Positions 23,465 through 34,135 of a DNA stretch of 35,066 bases are shown here, in pieces. The translations under genes and the position numbers were made by a program. The stretch covers positions 815,765-850,830 of the forward strand of contig WELB01000008.1 in assembly GCA_009602725.1 (NCBI GenBank), read 5' to 3'. Under the pieces are notes generated by a model that was given only the letters and a program-made list of their open reading frames with translations, was not told the origin of the DNA and ran no database searches. The stretch is from Spirogloea muscicola (taxonomy: Eukaryota). The stretch's first letter is position 1. Each line of letters begins with the position of its first letter.

Positions 23465-26400
23465 TCATAGGCGCATTCGCAGACTATTATCATCGCAGTG
23501 CAACAGCATAACAGCTGACCCTTCGGTCGGGCTCCACGCCCAAAGGACTCGGCTGAGCTTGGGCTTGCCCTCAGAGCGGACAAAACAGTGACCTGGGGTG
23601 TGTTTGTTTAGGTTACCCCCGCTTCTTGAACATCTGCTCATACTTGGAGGTGCCCGGGAGCCTTCGCTCAAGAACAGATAAATAAATACCCTTAGCAGAG
23701 AAAAGTATATTTCATGAAGTTACATCTCCAAAACAAAGACTTTTGGACATATGTCCAGGCTAAAGCTCCGATGATCAACAGCACTTTCAAGCAGTGGACA
23801 GTGGACAGAAGTACTAAGAGGTGAGTCCCTGTCCTCAACGTGGGAGAAGTCACAGCAAGCAGGCGTGACGACTACAACAAGTCACTGATACCAATGTCTT
23901 GCTCTACTGAAGAGATGGCCGAGCAACATTCTTCTACTCAATCTGTGTTCCTTAAGAAAGGCAAGCAGCTCTTTGATGCTAGCTGTCATCCCAGCAACTC
24001 GCATTTCCTGCTTGACTGGATAATCATTACCGTGACCTTGATTTCCTGTCTTAGAAGAGCTCAATGCATGGAGCATGACCAGCAGGTGTGCATGCTTGCA
24101 AAAAACGGCACCCTAGCGTATGCTACAGCAAAGCTCTGCAGCGTCCTAGAAGAGAGCTTGCACGCAAGTCGTACGTCTCTACCCGCAGATGCTCCGCTTG
24201 TTAATTGGAATTCCTCGTTAGTACCTCGCTGGCGCAGTCTTTCATTTCAAAGGACTACCTGTTATGAGCTTCTTGCCTGCTGTGTGTCTGACCGCTTGCA
24301 GAGACTGCTAGAGATGCAGCATAAATCCTTTATCAACTTGGATTGGATGGAGCCGACAACCTGACGATTTTCATGGAGCAGTGGGCATGGTAGTGTTCGT
24401 AAGCCTGAAAGCACATGCGTTGTCCATTTGTCAGATGCCTGGCCTCTTAGCAGGGTCGACGAGTTCAAATTCGCCGGAATTTGATGAGGAGGTTGAAGTA
24501 TGTCCGGGGCAAGCTGGTCAACGTGGACGCCAAGCAGGAGCACGAAATGCAATAGCGCTTCAGGATCGCAACTTTTACGAGCTTGCCATCCATTGGCAGA
24601 CATCGGGGCAGGTCTTAAGCTCTGAATGAAGAGGCCACTAGGCCACTAGCAGTGAGATGTATGAGTCAGTTCTGCAAGAAGCCTAGCCATGTTGAGCCGC
24701 TCTGAGTGCAAATGCAAAATGCATGTGGCATGAGGGAGGGGTCACAGAAACTCCACAAAACAAGCATCCAGTAGAGAATATCGTCCAGTTGCGAGCATCT
24801 CGTTGAAATTGGACGGGCTGGAAGCTTCACAGAAGCTCCACAACATATGCAACCAATAGAGAGTGCTGAGGTCAGTTGCGAGCAAGTCGCTGAAATCGGT
24901 GGACGGGCTCGGAGCTACACTGTGAATCAGGAACTGGGGCATTCACTTTCTCCACGCTAAATGCAGCTGGCTGCATTTTGCTACTTTGCTGTTTACTGTT
25001 GTTCGCAGCTTGCGGCTATGCTTCTGAGGAGGTGAGAAGGCTGCTGATGAGTGAGGACCTGTATACACATCAGCTAATGAAGACTGCAGTCGTAGTTAAC
25101 TGCTCGCATAGAAGGCCCAAATCTGGCTCTTCTTCCATTGAGATGTTGATGCAGTGGAGCCGAGCAGAAACGGAGCAGCCGAGAAGCAAAATGCCTTCAG
25201 TGTCTGGAGACCACCATCAGAAGAAGGGGATGCAAGGTCTTGCGGGTCAACTATAAGAAGGACCATGTGCTGATGGCGGAGCAAAGCTTCATCAGTGTTT
25301 AGCTTGATCATACTACGACTCCGCTTATACCTGACTAATACACAAGACGTGACCCCGACGCTTGATTACAGCAAGTCTGGTCTTATGCTCTTGACTTGCT
25401 GGAGTCAAAGATGCTAGCCTGCGTGAGCTTAATATGGCGACCAGCACAGCCAGGGAGGCTGTGTTCCACAGTGGTTCTGTGAGCGTGCACTTCTGTAGAA
25501 CACCTCTGCTCCCTGAGCCAGCTGTGGCAGGGCTTGACCGCCTATTTCCATCTCAGATACAGGTGGGACTTGAAGATGGTCCCTGCACTCTAGCAGCTAG
25601 TCTCATGGCGCCGAGGAATGAGGTTAGTGCAGCCATCTTCGCCGAAGCTGAAGACAATGTCCTCGTCATAGTTGCGCTCCAGTTTGCCCCCCCGCTTTCA
25701 ATGAGCCGCAATGGCGGGGCTGGATGAGGATGTGAGTGCATGGCGTAGCCATTCCGCTGTGGGGGACTTACATGTTTGCACCAGTCTTTCTGACCTCAGG
25801 CTATAGACTCGTAGCTATTGAGATGGCTTTATTGTCTGGTCGCGGATGCTCAAGTCAGTGGGCCAGCTTCAATGTGCTGACGCTGTCCGCCTTTCATGAC
25901 ACGTTTGTACAATCTTCTAGGCTGGTCGCTCACAGCCATTGCCTCATTGTTGATGCTCAACCTCTGCTTTCAGTGATCAAGTATGCAACTTCGGCAGCTT
26001 GTTGTCGTCTTGGCAAGGCATCGTTGCATGGGTATGCTCCCGACCAGCTCAGGAAGCCTTGGCGATGCGACCAGAGAAAGCCTGTCCTAGGCGTGCATAC
26101 TGACATGCCTTATCAACCAGAATCCAGCAGAGCATGTGCACCGGGGAAGCAGTGCAGATGCATCTGCGATACATGAAATGGCCAGCATACCTGCCTTTGC
26201 CTTGCGGCTACACGGAGCTGATGGCAGCTCACGTCAGATGCCGATTGCCAAGACAGTGAGGCCAGCCGACAGGACGACCAGTAGCGAGACGATGAAGGAC
26301 ATGAGGAACTCAATCGCAAATCCAGGGTTGAGGCCGGACCGGAAGGCCTCAACTGGTACAGGGATCCTTTCCACCATGCCTGCATGCAAGACGGTTGCAT

Positions 26401-27893
26401 ATGAAAGTCAGGTCTGAGGACGACGACGTTGTGCAACGGCCATCGTGCAATCAAGAGGCTGCTAAGGATCTACCACGGCCACACCAGTGTTGATTGATTG
26501 CTAGGCACACCAATGTCTGACAATGAAGCAGCCGATAAAAGCTGCTAGCAGCATACGCAGTCCTTCACGAACAGCCTCTAGGAGCACTCAGGTGCCCCTG
26601 CAAGCTCATGCAGGGCCACAATTGACATGACATGCACGAGCTAAACACGCTTGCATATCAAGCCGGCCAACAGCTGTAAGCAGGGGTGTGGCTTGAGGTT
26701 CCATTTGCGTGTAGTGTGCCCCAGCAAGACCTCTCAGCGTAGTAGCAAGGTGGCCTAGATGTGCTGCGTGTCCCTAGCACAGCCCTGGCACGTGTAGCAG
26801 ATCCATTCACTGGACGAGCAATTGGGGAGGTGACCAACCCGAATGAAGGCTCAAGGGGAGGAGCACGCAACGGTAGCAGATGAGTGGCCGGCCGTCGCGG
26901 GCTCCATTGCCCAGAATGGCCGTGTCGCGTGCGGGTGTAATGCCCACAATGAAGGACAGCTCAAGCGTGTAAGCGATCAGCAGCACCACCAGCCCAGTGC
27001 CTGTGCAGACATCCGCGCGAGGGGCAAGAGCCCGTGCAGTCAAGATCACAGCTGGCGAAGCCCAAGGAGGCGTCGATCAAGCTCGGGAAGCACAGGTACT
27101 GCACCAAGAGGCAAGCGCATGAACATGGGGACATAGACTTTACTCAGCAACCGCAGAATGTGACAATAATTACCCTACTTTAGATTATGCATAAGCGCAA
27201 CGTGGGAAGCACTTGGGAAAGGCGGGTGGGGCTGGTGATCACATAGGATGAAGCGGACGCCGTGGCTCATGCTGAGCGGCCGCAGCAGAGTGAGTGCCAT
27301 GGAGACGGCTCGTGGACCGCCGGCGGACGTGGTGAAGAGCGCTTCTCCTTGCACGGGTATCCGATGTACGCTCACTTGTGCTGAAGCCATGACTCCACTC
27401 CCTCTAATGCTAGAAGCGGCTCTCGAGTCCTATGCTTAAGCTGGAGCTGCCGGGCTCGGAGCTACTCTCGTGCAGCCGACCGGTGACGCAACATGGCGCC
27501 AAGAGTAATCTGATGCCTGGCCGTCCGAGGTGACTGCGACTGCGACTGCAGCATGGCGAGCGCTGCATGCACACCTGCGCTTCTCAGCCCTGCGCTGGAG
27601 CTCCCCGAGCATGCCCACACTGCGATGCAGCCGCCGCTCCCACCGCAAGAGACCAAAGCGCGGGAAGCGGCTTCTCCAGCAGTCCTCGCATCTGCTGTAA
27701 GGCTGCGGCGTTAGACCTCTACACGCGGAGGCGTCAAGCGGCCCAAGACAAATGCGCGCTCCTAGCGAGCGAGCTGCGCGCCGCAGCTCTGGCAGACAAC
27801 GCCTTGTTGTAGGGGTCCTGCCTTCTAGCAGCAGCCTACGACGTCTGGGCCGGCGGCCCTGACGCCGCACCCCGCGCGCGCGCCTGCTGCCAT
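23465..27893 (-). CDS. Possible multi-exon gene of unknown function (boundaries and exons not resolved)
   Basis: GC-rich GCCGCC-ATG-G start at 27893 like the other genes. Several minus-strand open segments with plausible splice signals, e.g. cag|AWWKGSLYQLRPSG...WQSASD|gtgag at about 26379-26233. No retroelement debris across 4.4 kb. No family motif recognised. Confidence 0.35.
24742..24922. repeat. Diverged tandem duplication, two units of about 85-90 bp
   Basis: tcacagaaactccacaa..cagttgcgagcatctcgttgaaattggacgggctggaagct versus tcacagaagctccacaa..cagttgcgagcaagtcgctgaaatcggtggacgggctcggagct. Confidence 0.75.
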
Positions 27894-28282
27894 GGCGGCC
27901 GCGGCGAGCTTCGAGGCGGCCACGCCCACGTCCCCTCGCACCAAGGCACTGGCACGGGCAAGCCGTGGTGACTGCCCAACAAACCCCCCATCGCCCCGAG
28001 CGACGCGTCCCTCGGGCTTGCCGCCCCCGGCGCCATGCACAACAATGGCTCGCCGTCGCGGAAAGGGAGTGGGCCCCACCTCGGGGGCCGCCATGGCAGG
28101 CTTTCCACAAGCTCCCGAAGCCCGCCATGGCAGGCCTCTCTGCCTTGCAGCGGCCCTTGGCATTTGCCGATCGCTTGCTGGCAGGCCGCGGCTTGGCTGC
28201 TGCCTCCGCCCGACTATCAAGTGCCGGCTATCAAGTGTCGGCTCTGGATATTCTGATCTGCACTTGCTGACACAAAATATAC

Positions 28283-28793
28283 TTGGCTCGCCCATAGAGG
28301 GTAAGGGCTGGGGAAGAGGCCAGCCCAGAGAGTGGACAAGGTCCAAAGAGCCAGAAGGGGCCGAGAAGACACAGAGGTCACTGAGCGCCCGCTCGCTGGA
28401 GTCGTGAGGACGAGTTTCGTGCTGTTGCGCCTTCCGACTCCTTTCTGACCTTGTACACTGCTTTGGGCTGGCATCTCTCAGCTGTCGCCCTTTACATATT
28501 TAAATTTTTGGCTGCTGATATTAAAGAATCGGCTGTAAATTGCCAGCCAGATGCATACAGGAGGTATTCATGACGGAGCCAATGGGTAGGCAGACAGGGC
28601 GCCCTCGAAACCCCCGTGTCAGCAGTAGGAAGTCAGATGAGCTGAGGGGAGGAAGATTTTTGCATTGGAGAAGCAGTTTCTTTCATTCCAATCTTCCGCC
28701 TCCCTGAGATTCAATCTGCTGTAGATTATATAGATCATTAGATGTGCTTGCCTTCGTACTTGGCCATATGGCCTACATTTATATCATACACGA
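28283..28793. mobile_element. Three short retroelement 3'-end remnants (28283-28375 minus, 28440-28495 plus, 28712-28793 plus)
   Basis: GGACCTTGTCC..GGGCTGGC..CCAGCCC..ATGGGCGAGCC on the minus strand; ccttgtacactgctttGGGCTGGC..cagctgtcgccct on the plus strand; 28712-28793 aligns with 33789-33873. Confidence 0.75.
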
Positions 28794-29864
28794 AACTTTC
28801 TTCCCGAGCTCGCAACTGCAGGCTGGGAGGGGGGGGATCGACCTCGCGACCGGTCCCCCCGCGCCGTCCGAGCCCCCGGACGCGGCCGCGTGGCGGGCGG
28901 GCCCCACGGGACGCGAGACGCAAAACGCGGCCGAGAGAAGGAAGGAACGCCGCCGACGCAGCGTCCCTCGCCGTCCCGCCATGGCGCCGCGCGGGGGCGG
29001 CGGCGGCGGCGGCGGCGGCGGCNNNNNNNNNNNNNNNNNNNNNNNNNNNNNNNNNNNCGCCGCCGCCGCCGACGGCGGAGAGGCAGGCAGCGCGGCCGGG
29101 GGCGCCGACGGCCGCTCGGCATCGGCTGCGGGCGAGCCGTCGTCTTCAGCGCCGCCACCGCCTGCATCCACCGCCGCCGTCGCCGCCTCCGCCAGCTGCT
29201 GCGAGGCTGCGAGCAGGCCGCCGAAAGTTCCCGCGAGCTGATGTCCTAGCTGCCGTCCGACCCCTTGCGAGCTCCTGTGCCCAAGATGCCAGGCAGCACC
29301 GCTAGACAAGCAGCGCATCGCAAAGCTGGCGGCGTCCCTTGCTGCGAGCTCCTGCCACAGCTCCACGGTCCGGCATCGCTGACCATGCAGCTACGCGGCG
29401 TCCTCGAGACAGGCCCCGCCAGAGACTGCAGCCAGGCCAAACGTGAGACAGTCTGCTCCTGTGCTTGCTGCGACTACAGAGGATGGGCTGTCAATGTCGA
29501 GGCGCCTGCAATAGCCAAGAGCCAAGAAGGCCAAGCATCTTAATCATGAAAAATGCGGAATAACCGTCGAAATGGGGTGAGGGCCTGCTCGAGCAGTCCG
29601 TCCTGCCAGCCCAACGACCGTGCTGCAAGCTGCCTCCCTGCAGTGGCTGGAATGTGCAGCAAGCCTGGGGCGTACATGTATAATCAAAACTTGTGGCCAA
29701 GGGCCTCCCATTGATACATAGCACTCGACTAGGGTCCTAGAGTTGCTGTCTCCAATTGTGCAATAAAGCGCCAATCAAAGTGTGCCTAGGGCCTCACTTC
29801 CGCCATTGTTTGCACATTGCTCTCTAGGCCCTGAATCCTGCACTGGCCGGCTTGACCTCCATTC

Positions 29865-30045
29865 ATTACTGGTTACTGAGTTTCCCGTTGCGTCGTCTTG
29901 TGTCTAGCTGTGTCATTTTTCTTTTCGGCATCTTTTTGGCTCTTTGTATCTGTACATTCTTTTCGGGCTGGCCTCTGCCAGCCCCTCTTCTCTATAGGCG
30001 CGCACTTTCATCTTTCATTTCATGCTCACCCGCGCCTTCAGCCTA
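29865..30045 (+). mobile_element. Truncated retroelement 3' end (GGT TAC TGA plus 3' UTR) followed by a short end of another family
   Basis: ggttactgag...tctgtacattcttttcGGGCTGGCctctGCCAGCCCctcttctctataggcgcgcactttc. Confidence 0.7.
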
Positions 30046-30112
30046 TAACGAATCCGACCTATGGTCACCAGCACCGCCGTGCAAGCAGTGCGCCCTGCAC
30101 CAGAGAGAAGGC

Positions 30113-30957
30113 GCGCGGAGCTCATGAGATGAAAGGGAGGCCAATTCATGCCAATACATTGTTTAGGCAGAATCTAGTGCAAAGTAAACAAGGCTACATG
30201 ATGTGGAGCCCTATATTAAGGTGCCTAAGGTAACAGGGTGACGTCAGTACCACGGGTGAGCGCAAACAAATCCGACGAGCTAACTTGGGGAGCTGGAGCG
30301 CCGCCACGAAAGCCGGAGGCCTGACTTGGAGCGCGCCCTGCACGTTGGTGAATAGCCAGACTTTGCGAGCGCTGCAAAGTAAGCGAAAGCCGCATTCTAG
30401 GACATGCAACTAATGCCTGGGGAATGCTAGTGTTGCCCAAGCTGGCCCCCCAACTGCGACGACGCGCGTCAACCAATCGGGCCAGATGCTGGATGAGGAT
30501 AGTCCATTTTGCGCCATAGCCTCCGAAGATATTCAAGGTGCACGATTAGAAATGGTCCCCTCGGGGATTGCCCTGGTGTTGCCGCTCCTTCTTGCGCTTC
30601 GCGCTGGACGTGGCCCAATCAGACACCGTTGACGTGGGTGCGCCAGCCTTGTATGCGTCGATCAGAAACACGTCCAGGAGCAGACAAAGCTTCACACCCG
30701 CCGCGCGGACCTCGTTGCCATCCCGCCCGGAGGAGGTCCGCGCATCATCGCTGATGTGGTACCTGCCGATTGCGTTGATTCGGCCAACCCCGCGAGGTCC
30801 GCGACGCTCGTCGGGCACGCGGTCGCTCTGGCGGCTCGGAGTAAGGAGCGCAAGTACTCTGACCACCCTCCAGGCNCAGGTCGGCGCGCCGGGTGTGCGA
30901 CCGGCCGTCCTCGCCCCGCAGGATGGGCATGACTGAGGAGCACTCCACCGCCACCTG
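30113..30957 (-). mobile_element. Degenerate RLE-type non-LTR retrotransposon fragment (endonuclease region to 3' end)
   Basis: VAVECSSVMPILRGEDGRSHTRRADL ... LLLDVFLIDAY ... KRKKERQH..GDHF*SCTLNIFGG ... RMRLSLTLQRSQSLAIHQRAGRA..SDLFALTRG. In-frame stop at 30546 and frameshifts. The 3' UTR matches 31879-32005. Confidence 0.8.
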
Positions 30958-32005
30958 GAAAGTGCTCGCCCATTGAGAATAGGGGCTGGAACAACCAGCC
31001 CGAAAAAGAATGAACAGAGTACGAGAAGGGGGCCAGGGGAAGCGCTAAGTAACAGAAACAAAGCTACTACGAGACACTCAGTAACCCCTGCTAAGGCTTC
31101 AATGCTGCCGGCTCCCTCTCGCAGGTCTTTCGGATGAGGCTGGCGGTCTCGCTGCAGCGCTCTTTGGCTCATGCGGTCCACACGCGGGCTGGCCGTGCTA
31201 TGGCTGCTGCTTCCGGGTCTCGGCAAAGTGCCGCTTCTCCTGCTCCGAGTTACTCTGATCTGCTGTTGCTCACACGTGGATACTGAGCAGCCATCTGCAT
31301 CTCCCTCTGCACCATCTTGCACTTTGTAGTGTAGTCCTTTTTCAGCACCTCTTTCTTTGGCTTTGAACATTGTCCATTCTTTTTGGGTTGGCTTTGCCAG
31401 CCCCTCTTCTCAATGGGCGAGCACCTTCTTCGTTAACTCTTTGCTCCGTTTCTTGGGCTGGCCAATTAGCCATCGCCCTCTACTGGAAGAGTCCTTCCCT
31501 GTCTGCCTAGCCTTTGACTCCGTCATGAACACCTGTATGCATCTGGCACAGCCGATTCTTTAATTTAGCAGCCGCATTCTCTTGGAAGCGGTCCATGGCC
31601 CGCGCGCTGCACCTGCGTGCCGGCAGAGCCCTCGCTGCTGCCTCTGGCTCTGGTCAGGGGACCCAGTTCCAGGAGCCTAGCTTCTCTGCCTGCGCCTGCT
31701 TAGCAGGCGCAGGCAGAGGGGTACTGAGTGATTTGTAGCTGCTTTGTTTTCTTTGTGTGCTTGTCTTTCTTGGCGCTTCCCCCTGGCCCCATTCTCGTAC
31801 TTTGTTCATTCTTTTATGGGCTGGCTTGTCCAGCCTCTATATCCTCAATGGGCGAGCCCTTTCTTCCTGTCTTTGTCACCTTAGGCACCTTGGTTTCATT
31901 TTCCGTATTATGTAGCCCTGTTTAGTTTGCCCTAAACTCTGCCTGGATATTTTATCGGCTTGAATTGGCCTCCATTTCATTCATGCGCTCCGTGCGCCTT
32001 CTCTT
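30958..32005. mobile_element. Stack of 5'-truncated retroelement ends: 30958-31095 (-), about 31100-31431 (+), 31440-31485 (+), about 31588-31868 (+), 31875-32005 (+)
   Basis: Each shows the RLxVSLQRS..RGY* C-terminus and/or a family-specific 3' UTR. 30958-31095 differs from 15179-15315 at only about 4 positions. Confidence 0.8.
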
Positions 32006-32009
32006 GGAA

Positions 32010-33070
32010 GCGTCCTGCTGCTCTGTCATGCGTGGTGCACCACTGACCCCTATGACCGCTCAAACCCCGCCCAGCGTGCCTCCAAGGCGGGGTATGCGGT
32101 AGCCCGCGCCGCTCGGGTCAAGGAGAGAAGTGGCACTCCCAATGGGGGCAAGGGCTGCGAAAAGCCAGCCCAAAATGAATTGACAAAGCTTCGGAGGGGC
32201 CTACAACGTTTAGCAGCTACAAAGGGGCCTGAAGATGCTTTATCAGAACAGGGGGAGGATGGATCACTCAGTTGCTACGAGTGAGGAGCCTCAGATCCGA
32301 CAGACTAGCTGCCGGAAAATTATCCCCCTGACGAAAGCCGGAGGCCGCAGCGAGAGCACGGCCATCACGCAGATGCAGAGCGTGGGCCATGGACCGTTGA
32401 AGGGATACTGACAATCTCATGCGATACACTTGAGCCCACGAGCCAGCGGCGTTGAAATCAGCCGGTTCATTGCGCCTGCGGGACACAGCTCGTCGCGCAA
32501 GCCTGGCCAGCAGGTCGAGCCACTGGGACCTGAGAGCCCCGTGGACGTCCACGGCCAGGGGGACGAACTCATCTGCAGCGGGGTGGTAGCGTATTACGCA
32601 AAAGTACGCAGATCACCTGTGGGAAGACGAAAAATTCCCGCTCGCCATCAACACGCACGGGGGGTTTGGGCGCTCGGTGGCTTGGGCTGCTCAACCAGCT
32701 CTCACGTCACGCCATCGATCTCCGCTTCCATGGGGAGCCGGTGGACTTTCATGCAGCCGGGTCGCTAGCGCAGGTGAACCGCATGCGCTTGGCCGTCTCG
32801 CTGCAGAGGTCTATGGCCCGCGCGCTGCACCTGCGTGCAGAAAGAGCCCTCGCTGCTGCCTCTGGCTCTGGCCAGGGGACCCGCTTCCAGAAGCCAAGTT
32901 TCTCTGACCTGAGGCTGCTTAGCAGGGGTTACTGAGTGCTTCGTAGCTGCCTACATTCTCTTTGTTCTAGTTTTCCTTAGTGCTTCCCCTGGCCCCTTCT
33001 CGTACTTTGTCCATATATTTTTGGGCAGGCTTTTTCCAGCCCCTATCCTCAATGAGCGAGCCCTTCTTCA
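32010..33070 (+). mobile_element. RLE-type retroelement 3' fragment interrupted by an antisense truncated element (about 32125-32595, minus)
   Basis: Plus strand TTDPY..GYAVARAARVKER (to about 32128) resumes as KYADHLWEDEKFPLAINTHGGLG..RMRLAVSLQRSMARALHLRA..DLRLLSRGY* (stop 32935). The insert encodes YHPAADEFVPLAVDVHGAL..RMRLSVSLQRSMAHALHLR..DLRLLTRSN*. Confidence 0.8.
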
Positions 33071-33389
33071 TGCAGGTTTTGCAGCATGGGCACGCTGTTC
33101 CAACAGAAAAGCGGCTGCTGACATTTAAAAGAGCGACAGAAAAGGACAGGCCCATTGAGAGAACAGCGCTTCCATTACACTCACGCTGCGGATGTGCAGG
33201 CCGCCTCGAATTCAAGGGACTGCTCAAGGACGATGGACGTGGCCTCACCCGGCTCCTTTCCATCAGCTCTTCGGGCGCATACGAGTGGTCAATTGCTCTG
33301 CAGCTATACGAGTCCCTTCGGCTCTCAGAAAACCTTACAGCAAAGGAATGCGTAAAACTTACAGCGCTTCATCGCCATTTCGCCCCCCC

Positions 33390-33873
33390 CCCTTTGCATC
33401 AACACACATTGCTGGGCACGCAGTGGGCGGAGCAGAGCAAAGAAAACTGCGGCATTACTCAGATTACCCCCAATGCGATCAACTCATGCCAGCTGCAATC
33501 GATATCTTTGGCTGTCTGGGTCCTCGCTTCCACACTGCTTCAAAACATTGCCAATCTAGGCTACACTCGACGTGCAGATGTGTTTCCGGCTGAGATGGGC
33601 TTGCCAGCTGCATATCCGTCGCTCTTGCGACGACGAGTTTCGGCCTGTTTGCAGCGTGCTCAGGCTAGTGCCTTGCACCAGAAAGCTGGACGAGCTCTAG
33701 TAGGTGGCAGAAGGGCTCCGTTCCTGGCATCTAGTATTCATGCATCGAGTAGTGACCTTTATGTTTTGACCCGTGGTTATTGAGCGGGTCAATCTGCTGT
33801 AGGTTATGTAGTTTTTTAGATGTGCTTGCCTTTGTACCTAGCCATTTGGCCTACATTTCTTTCTAATACACGA
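33390..33873 (+). mobile_element. Truncated RLE-type retroelement of a distinct family
   Basis: AEQRKLRHYSDYPQCDQLMPAAIDIFGCLG (frameshift) LLQNIA..RRRVSACLQRAQASALHQKAGRAL..DLYVLTRGY* (stop 33783) plus 3' UTR. Confidence 0.8.
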
Positions 33874-33879
33874 TGCCTC

Positions 33880-34135
33880 TTGCCCTTTGCTTGGCTGGCA
33901 TCCGCCAGTGCGAGTGTGGCCATATTGCCCGCGATGACAAGCTCGCTCTAGCTGCGCACATGCTGAGGTGAGGTGAGGGGGGTGAGCGCATTGCCTTCCA
34001 CGACTTACTCAGAGATACTATGTTTGGCATTGTGCGGGAGGCGGAGTATCATCCGGCGATGGAGGTGTCCGGCATCATGCCAATCTCCTTAAGGCGCGGC
34101 AAGCCATACGTGCGGCGTCTGGACGTGGTCGCCAC
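33880..34135 (+). mobile_element. Internal fragment of an RLE-type retroelement (zinc knuckle to endonuclease start), with an in-frame stop
   Basis: QCECGHIARDDKLALAAHMLR*GEGGERIAFHDLLRDTMFGIVREAEYHPAMEVSGIMPI..RRLDVV. Confidence 0.75.

Noticed and set aside
28742..29543. GC-rich ORFs on both strands around the second gap
   Set aside because: Low complexity with no recognisable motif or resolvable splice structure. (GGC)n and (GCC)n face each other across the gap, so the join itself is doubtful. A gene fragment cannot be excluded.
32985..33070. Resemblance of the retroelement 3' module to an HDV-like ribozyme (GGGCU-GG, UUCUCGU, AAUGG-GCGAG)
   Set aside because: No P3 helix closes the UUCUCGU segment, no consistent P2 is present, GGGCUGG forms a simple local hairpin, and retroelement HDV-like ribozymes lie at 5' ends.
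32933..33070. Invariant UGA plus structured 3' UTR as selenocysteine recoding
   Set aside because: No SECIS core (AUGA/GA quartet with apical AA) and no conserved reading frame after the UGA.
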